Shown one piece after another: positions 33,740 through 40,387 of a stretch of DNA of 40,387 bases (positions within the stretch are counted from its first letter, which is position 1; the number at the start of each line of letters is the position of its first letter). The stretch covers positions 24,926,819-24,967,205 of the forward strand of contig NC_069000.1 in assembly GCF_001194135.2 (NCBI RefSeq), given 5' to 3'. The notes below the pieces were generated by a model that saw nothing but the letters and a program-made list of their open reading frames with translations, did not search any database and was not told where the DNA came from. Origin of the DNA: Octopus bimaculoides. Its lineage: Eukaryota. The position numbers were made by a program, and so were the translations under genes.

Positions 33740-33830
33740 AATCGGCGGGATTTGAACCCATAACTTAAAGAGTTGTAAATAAATACAAGAATTTTGCCCG
33801 GTGTTCTAAGGTCTCTGTCAATCAATCGCT
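33740..33830 (-). mobile_element. Highly decayed SINE family-2 head; a second decayed head probably lies on the plus strand at about 33925-34050
   Basis: The reverse complement reads ...ccttagaacaccgggcaaaatt...gggttcaaatcccgccga. The plus strand at 33985-34030 reads gttcaaatcatgccgagg...tttcatcctttt. Confidence 0.5.
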
Positions 33831-34739
33831 TTTCATAGTGAATGTGGTAAAACCTTCATTATTCAAGGCAATGATATTTTGTTGCGTGACATCGTTTTAC
33901 ATTTGTCATCTGGAAAAGTGTTAAAGTTGTTAGAGCGTTAGATAGAAAACTTTATAATATTTTCTCTGGTTCTCTGAGCTCTGCGTTCAAATCATGCCGA
34001 GGATAACTCCACTTTTTCATCCTTTTAGAGTCCATAAAATAGAATGCCAGTAGAGGCAGTGGATTGGAAGAATTACTAGACTATTAGACAGTATGTCTTA
34101 TGGTATTCGTTGCAGTATTTTGCGTTACAAGTTCTTGGATGGAGAGACTTAATATGTCACCCAGTTTAATACTACTACCTAGTCCTTGGGTAACTTTAGC
34201 GGAGTCCATTCTGTCAATCATTTTAAAAACAAGATGGTTGTTTTATAGAACTAAGAGAGGTCTAAGGCGGGTTAGTATCAAAAGGGAAACTTTCTTATGT
34301 CTTGTCCTCTTATCTAATTCTTCTAGACAACATCCTACGTACAAATCAAAGGAATCTCACCACGAATGTTTTCAAACTTCACTCCCTATAATGTTTTCAT
34401 GCACCCAAAGTAATGTCCCTACTTTGGAATTTATGCTTTTCCGAAATATCACTGCGATTCTAAGGCTAGATATTTGAATCCAATAACTTGACTTCATTCA
34501 GCAGACGACTTACATCCTTTAACTGTTTAGGCCAGTATACATTTACTCATACATTCCATAGTAAAACTGCACTTGCAGATAAGGAAATTTTTTCTAATCT
34601 TTTATACTGAAGTAGGATTCACCCTCAATAAATCAGAGTTTTCAGAAAGGGTCTTTTCTTCTATCAACTAGAAGGAAAGCTTTTAATATAAACAGCAAAC
34701 AGGTATATACCCCCACTATAGGATGAAGTGATTGAAAAT

Positions 34740-36535
34740 TTTCACCACCACATTCAAAATGTGGTATCATATGTCAAAGATAAAAAAATTGAAATTGCAA
34801 CTGTAGATTTTAATGATAAAAATCGACAGGGAAAAAAAGTCATGTGAATTAGGTGAACGAAACGAGAAAGGTAACTGACCACTCCATTATTATCAAAGTA
34901 AGAATTTAGAAGTCACCACTGCTCTATTCCAGCAGCTGCCACCAAGAAATATTATACGCAGATAAACTAGAAATAGTATACACAGCTGCCACCAAGAAAT
35001 ATTATACGCAGATAAACTAGAAATATTATACACAGCTGCCACCAAGAAATATTATACAGATAAACTAGCGTTTTAGAAACCATGTGAAAACACTCTCAAA
35101 CAGATATCAATTCAGAGGATAATCCAGCGATAATTAAATTACTTATCAAACATAAGAAAATGAAAATGGCTAAAAGAAGAGAATAATTAAACTTAAACCC
35201 GCCCAAGCAGACAGAATACAAACAGAAATATAATTTAGAAATAGGAAACAAGTAGGAAAATTGACACACCGAAAAAGAAATATAAGAACCATTTGATAAT
35301 GTACAAATAAAAGCGAAACGAAATGCAATTAAAACTTGCGTGCAAACATCACAAAACAAAACTGTGTCGGAAAAGAAAAGAAGAAAAAACTGACAAAGAA
35401 CTAAAAAGTGAAGTAAAAAACACAAGAATAAAGATAAAGAGAGACAGAACAGCCTAAATAAGTGGTGTGTTCTGAATGTAGAAAAAGATAAACCAAGTAG
35501 CAAGTTTATAAAAAAAAAAGTTAAGATGAAAAACTTAAAATTCTGCATAAATTCAGAGAAACGTATAATGAAACATGTGAAACCATAAACAGATAACATT
35601 AAAAATAAAGATGGAAGAATACTGTTTGATCATGATCAGACTGCATCGGGACGAGTTGAATGCCTAAAACATCTGTATGATGATGAGAATAGACCACCTA
35701 TGCTCGATTTCAAAGTTACGGAAACTAAATCTTAAAATAAGCATAAAAGGCATTAAAGTCATAAAAGATGGAAAGACGACTAGATTAGATGAAATATTAA
35801 CTAAAGTATTATAAGCATTACATAGCTATAAACTAAATTAATAATAGACTTGTGTAATATAATATATAAGAGAGAGCACATATCAACTGTATTTGTCTCA
35901 TTACCAAAGAAACGTAAAACACAAGATTACACCATAAATCTAACGAGACTTGTGACTAAGTTATTGTTGAAAATCATTCGAGAAAGAATTACATAAGAAA
36001 TAAATTAAGAAATAAACCAACTGCAAAGTGGTTTAGACCATAAATTTATGATGAAATAGCTAATTAAAAAAAAAAAAGATCTAGATATAAATCATATTTA
36101 CATGTTTTATAGATTATGCGAAAATATTTAACAGATTAGATATTCAAATTTAATACAGCCAATAATTAAAAAAAGATGGTCCACAGAACCGTTTAACTCC
36201 AGTAAATAACAAAGCTATGTCTTATAAAATGAAAATGAACGTAAAAAAAACAAAAAACAAAATCAGTATCAAGGAAGAACATTACAATCAAACAGAGAAA
36301 ACTCAAATATTCTGAACTCTTCATTTGGGGTAAATTGTTCACAGAGACTGTCTAGTCTAAATGAAGGAAGGAAGAGGGAGGAGAAAACAAAACAATTACA
36401 TGGGTAGATAATGTCCAGAATTGAGTAGACTACAAATACAGTAAATGTATAAGGACTGACTGCAAATACAATAAATGTACAAGGAAGACTGACATGGCGA
36501 ACCATAGAGAACGAATCTACTGAGAGCAGATGATA
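34740..36535 (+). mobile_element. Highly degenerate RTE-clade LINE (end of the APE domain, RT 5' half, large internal deletion, 3' end)
   Basis: Motifs: LGERNEKG, TDINSEDNP (decayed SDH motif), KDGRILFD, VFVSLPKK, TKLLLKIIRERI, QLQSG, FIDYAK, then IKQRKLKY...TWVDNV. Confidence 0.65.
34933..35068. repeat. Tandem repeat, 50-bp unit, about 2.7 copies
   Basis: cagctgccaccaagaaatattatacgcagataaactagaaata(g/t)tataca starts at 34933, 34983 and 35033. Confidence 0.95.
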
Positions 36536-38944
36536 TCTCATTATGATGGGAAACCTCTAAAAAGACAATATAATCAGAGTTAAAGGCAGGGATAAACGAT
36601 AACAACAAAAATTCTTCTATGTCTTTATCCTTGAGCGTATGCGTCCGATTGAGTTTCTTATGGTTAGTGGAAGAATCTTTTGAAACATTCACTAATTTTA
36701 CAATGTTTTCATTGTTCTTTTTCTCAGGTTCCTCTTTCAACCCTCAAGTAACTTTTTCAAACGATCCCGAACATCTACATGATCGGATGGAATTATATTT
36801 TGCCCCGTAAGTTAGGGTGTGGTTTTCACTATTTTACATCTTTGGAGAGAGCTGGTGATTGAAATATTAAAGGATCAGACAAAATGTTTTACGGTTTGAA
36901 GTTACAGTCCTGTATGGACGAAGACAAAATTCTTCAGTGATCAGTTATAACTTTCATTATTCTTGGGTCGATAAAATAAGATAACTATCAAGCACTTGTG
37001 TCCAGGAAAAGCTTTATGGTTATTTTTAAAAAATGATTTTACTTGTGAGCTCCTTGGCAAAAAAAAAACAAAAAAAAAACCGTCCGCAGTATTTTATAGA
37101 CTACTTACTGCAAACCTCATCTTTGGTTGCGTTTTGATGTGTATGACGACGAAATTTTCGAATGAAAACGTGAAGTCAAAACGAATTGAAAAATCCTTCG
37201 AGATCATTTTGAAAGAAGGCCACCTCTGAAACATTTCCTTAATCAAATGTCACAGAAATTGTTGCATTATACAACATTAGACAGGTTATTGCTAAATCTG
37301 GAAATGCACATAACGTTGGTGAGTTCAGTGTTCTGCCTTTAAGTCGCATCGCAAACTTTAGGGAAACGCCGCCCCTACCAAAAAACAACAACAAAAAACA
37401 AAATCCCCCCAAACAAAATCAAAAACAAAGAACAAACACTTCAGTTAGTTTTTTTTCTTGTAATTCTACTATAACCGGAAATTTCGATACGATATCTTGG
37501 GATTTTGAAGATGGATTGTTCAGTTCATTTCAAGCCAAGGAATTCTCTCTACAATTAAATGTAACTTCTTCACAAGATAACAATGAGCATCTCTTGCTTT
37601 AAATGAGATCCTGGAAAACTACGATAAGCCAAAAGATTATTTCTTCTGTGACCATAATTGTTCTGGTTTTCAAAAATCTTTTCTAAAGACCATACAGTTC
37701 TATAGTCTTTTCTGAAAACCAGGACAATTTCGATAACGAATATACCACCACTAACATTACTGGAATGCGAAGTTTCGAAGGCATTATTTTTTTCTTGCCT
37801 GCTTTTTCGAGTGAAAAATAACGACACCTTATTGAAAAGAGTTCTTTCTTCGCACGTGTGGCACATGGAATGATCTTTAATCATATCTTTGAAGTCTTCC
37901 TTCAAAAACAAGTTCGCAAATGGCCTTGTTTAGTGGAAGTTGCATTTAAAGTTTTGTCTTTTTTTATATTTGTAATGTTTTCGTTTGGTAATGTTATTTT
38001 TCGCTGGCTGCTGACCTCTTTATTTTCCTGACATACTGATGTCTCCGCACACAATCGTTTACAAATGCAAATGGATTTTTCTCTGTCATCCATTTAATTA
38101 CTGGAATCAGTTTTAATGATTTTAATTGTTGTGTTTATTACTGTCACTGCTGTTACTGTTGTTGGTTTTAATGTTGCCCCTGTTGTTGTTGCTACTGCTG
38201 CTGCTGTTGTTGTTGATGATGGTGTAGTTCTTTTCTTTGTAGATGATGCAGACGCTGTGGTCATCGGTTCAAATATATAGGGTATGAGTTAAAAGAGATT
38301 TGGTGGTTGTTTCTAGCAGGTCAAGCAACTGTGTAGAGGTTTCATCGTTTGATTATATTGTTGCAGTTATGCTGATCGAACATATGTATAACTGATGGCA
38401 TTCCAACCATGACAATCTCGTCTTTTGAATACTATACATGTAGGAATATATCAACCATTGTGTCTGTTCTTTTGTTAAGCTGGTAGGGTTTAACGTGAAG
38501 ATTTGGTTGCTGATTTCAGTAGGTGGAATAGCTATGTGAAAGCCCAGGCATATCCACAAATGTCTACACTAAGATTAATGTTTGTGTTCTTAATATTGTG
38601 TTTGTACATACAAATGTTATTCCTGGCGTTGAAATATTGCTTCCACTTAAGTAATTCTTCCCCAAACTAGAAACAAATTTTTTATAAGTTCCAAGAGAAA
38701 ATCAGCTGTTAATATTATTAGATGTTACCATTTCAACTACATAGCTTGATGGAAATGAATGCCTGTAATGAAAGCAGAGTGAAATAGGAAATAAGAATAT
38801 TCATGATGTATAAATATTAGATACTTCTTTTCACTTGATATAGCAATAACATAACAAGCACAAGATATGTAACCTAAGTTAGCGACAATAAAAATAAAAG
38901 CGGTGGAGCCAGAATCCTCTGCATGGACAGTATATACTTCGAAG

Positions 38945-39800
38945 TTGAAATGCTGATGTAGATTAAACAACAACCCATCAGTGGCTGAGAAGTTCAGAAC
39001 TGAAAGCAGAGACTGAAGGTTTCATATTGGCGGTACAAGATCAAGGCTTGCTCACAAAAAACTACCAGGCTAACGTTCTTCAAAACAGTTCTGACCCTAA
39101 ATGCAGATTCTGCGACACATTTGACGAAACAATAGACCATCTCGTCTTGGGATGTTCTGTACTGACATCAAACGAATACAATAATCGCCACGATAGGGTA
39201 GGACAGTATTTACATTGGAAAATATGTAAACACTACAAAATCATCACTCCTGCTTACTGGTATGAACATCATCCTGAACCAGTCGTTGAAGCTAAAAATG
39301 TTACTGTCCTCTAGGATTTTCCAGTCAACACTGACAGAATGATCCAGGCTAATCGACCAGACATAATTATTAAAGACAGGGAACAAAATACTTGTAGATT
39401 AATAGATGTGTTTCTACTGATAAAAATATATCTGTAAAGGAATTTGACAAACTAAGTAAATATAAGGACTTGGAAATTGAAATACAAAGGATGTGGCATC
39501 TCAAAACGAGAACTGTTCTTGTTATTCTAGGTGCCCTAGGTATGATAAAAAAGGATGTCAGAAACATCTAGGTATGATCTCAGGAGCACCATGCCTCAGA
39601 GAAATCCAAAACATTCAAGTACTGCCTACATCAATTGAAAAACCCTATCCATTTAAATGTCTGTGTTGTATTCCATAAAGATATTTCGCTACTTCCCCAG
39701 GATATTGGGTGTTGGGTGTGTCTCAGCAAGTGACTGTAACAAACATGCAGATTAAAAGTAAAACAACAACAACAATAATAATAATAATAATAATAATAAT
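38945..39800 (+). mobile_element. 5'-truncated R4/Dong-like retrotransposon (CCHC plus RLE endonuclease, 3' UTR, (CAA)(TAA)n tail)
   Basis: It encodes THQWLRSSELKAETEGFILAVQDQGL...CRFC..FDETIDHLVLGC...RHDRVGQYLHW and QANRPDIIIKD...KLSKYKDLEIEIQRMW...LGALG. The (TAA)n lies at about 39773-39800. Confidence 0.9.
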
Positions 39801-39920
39801 GAATCAATGAACTAGCTAGGATACGAATCAATGAACTAGATAAGATACGAATCAATGAACTAGATAGGATAAGAATCAATGAACTAGATAGGATAAGAAT
39901 CAATGAACTAGATAGGACAA
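39801..39920. repeat. Five tandem copies of a 24-bp unit (gaatcaatgaactagataggataa consensus)
   Basis: Units start at 39801, 39825, 39849, 39873 and 39897, with 1-2 substitutions each. Confidence 0.97.
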
Positions 39921-40359
39921 AACACACACAAATGAAAGAAAAATAAAGAAAGAGTACTATAGACGAGTTAGATCAATACTAAAAACAGAGCTCAATGCTA
40001 AAAACAAGATAACAGGTATTAACACTTTAGCCGTCCCAATTATAAGTTACAGTTACAATATCCTTAACTGGACACTAAACTAACTATCTAAAATAGACAG
40101 GAAAACAAGAAAAATAATGACAGGATCTAGGATGCACCACCCAAAATCTGACATGGAAAGGCTATATATACAACGTAGGGGTCTTATACATCTGGAAAAC
40201 GATTATAAAATAACCACCATAGGACTGCAAAAATACCTACTTCAGAAGCAAGGAAAACTAATACAAATAGCCACAAAACACGAGCAAAACAAAAAGCTGT
40301 TTTCAGTATTTAAGGAAGCTGACAAATACAAACAAGAAATCATACTACCTAATAAATAC

Positions 40360-40387
40360 GAAGAAGAAGAAGAAGAAGAAGAAGAAG
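40360..40387. repeat. (GAA)n microsatellite
   Basis: Directly visible and continues off the window. Confidence 0.9.

Larger units (their letters stand above)
39801..40387 (+). mobile_element. 5'-truncated R4/Dong-like element, RT C-terminal region; runs into (GAA)n at the window edge
   Basis: It encodes INELDRTKHTQMKEKIKKEYYRRVRSILKTELNAKNKITGINTLAVPIISYS...W...IDRKTRKIMT..RMHHPKSDMERLYIQRRGL, with one in-frame stop near 40080. Confidence 0.88.

Noticed and set aside
39801-39920. CRISPR-like appearance of the 24-bp repeats (also the 50-bp repeats at 34933)
   Set aside because: The units are directly abutting with no unique spacers, the context is eukaryotic and there are no cas genes.

Overview
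This is AT-rich eukaryotic (animal) genomic DNA from a gapped draft scaffold, with N-runs at 3550-3649, 4779-5266, 11574-12081, 14168-14726, 15233-15242, 21290-21988, 24875-24949 and 28837-29458. The SINE families and repeat content look like those of cephalopod (Octopus-like) genomes; this is an inference, as no database search was possible. I can support only one host gene: a class A (rhodopsin-like) peptide-receptor-type GPCR on the minus strand. It rebuilds as two coding exons (33070-32234 and 23553-23164) joined by a phase-0 GT-AG intron of about 8.7 kb, giving an intact 408-aa 7TM protein. Almost everything else is decayed transposable elements: Ty3/Gypsy pol, RTE and CR1-like LINEs, R4/Dong-like retroelements, two lineages of Penelope-like elements (PLEs), tRNA-derived SINEs, a Tc1/mariner fragment and microsatellites. 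The most notable non-standard signals are (i) an inverted repeat pair whose arms carry tandem hammerhead-ribozyme-like motifs, plus similar decayed motifs 3' of PLE ORFs; (ii) a PHD-finger-like Cys/His module inside an RTE reverse transcriptase; (iii) a five-fold reiteration of the first 24 nt of a Dong-like element at a (TAA)n junction; (iv) a direct repeat bracketing the last GPCR exon; and (v) a PLE with a 5' inversion plus an inverted duplication. I found no convincing evidence of a wholly new multi-gene system. TE boundaries are approximate.
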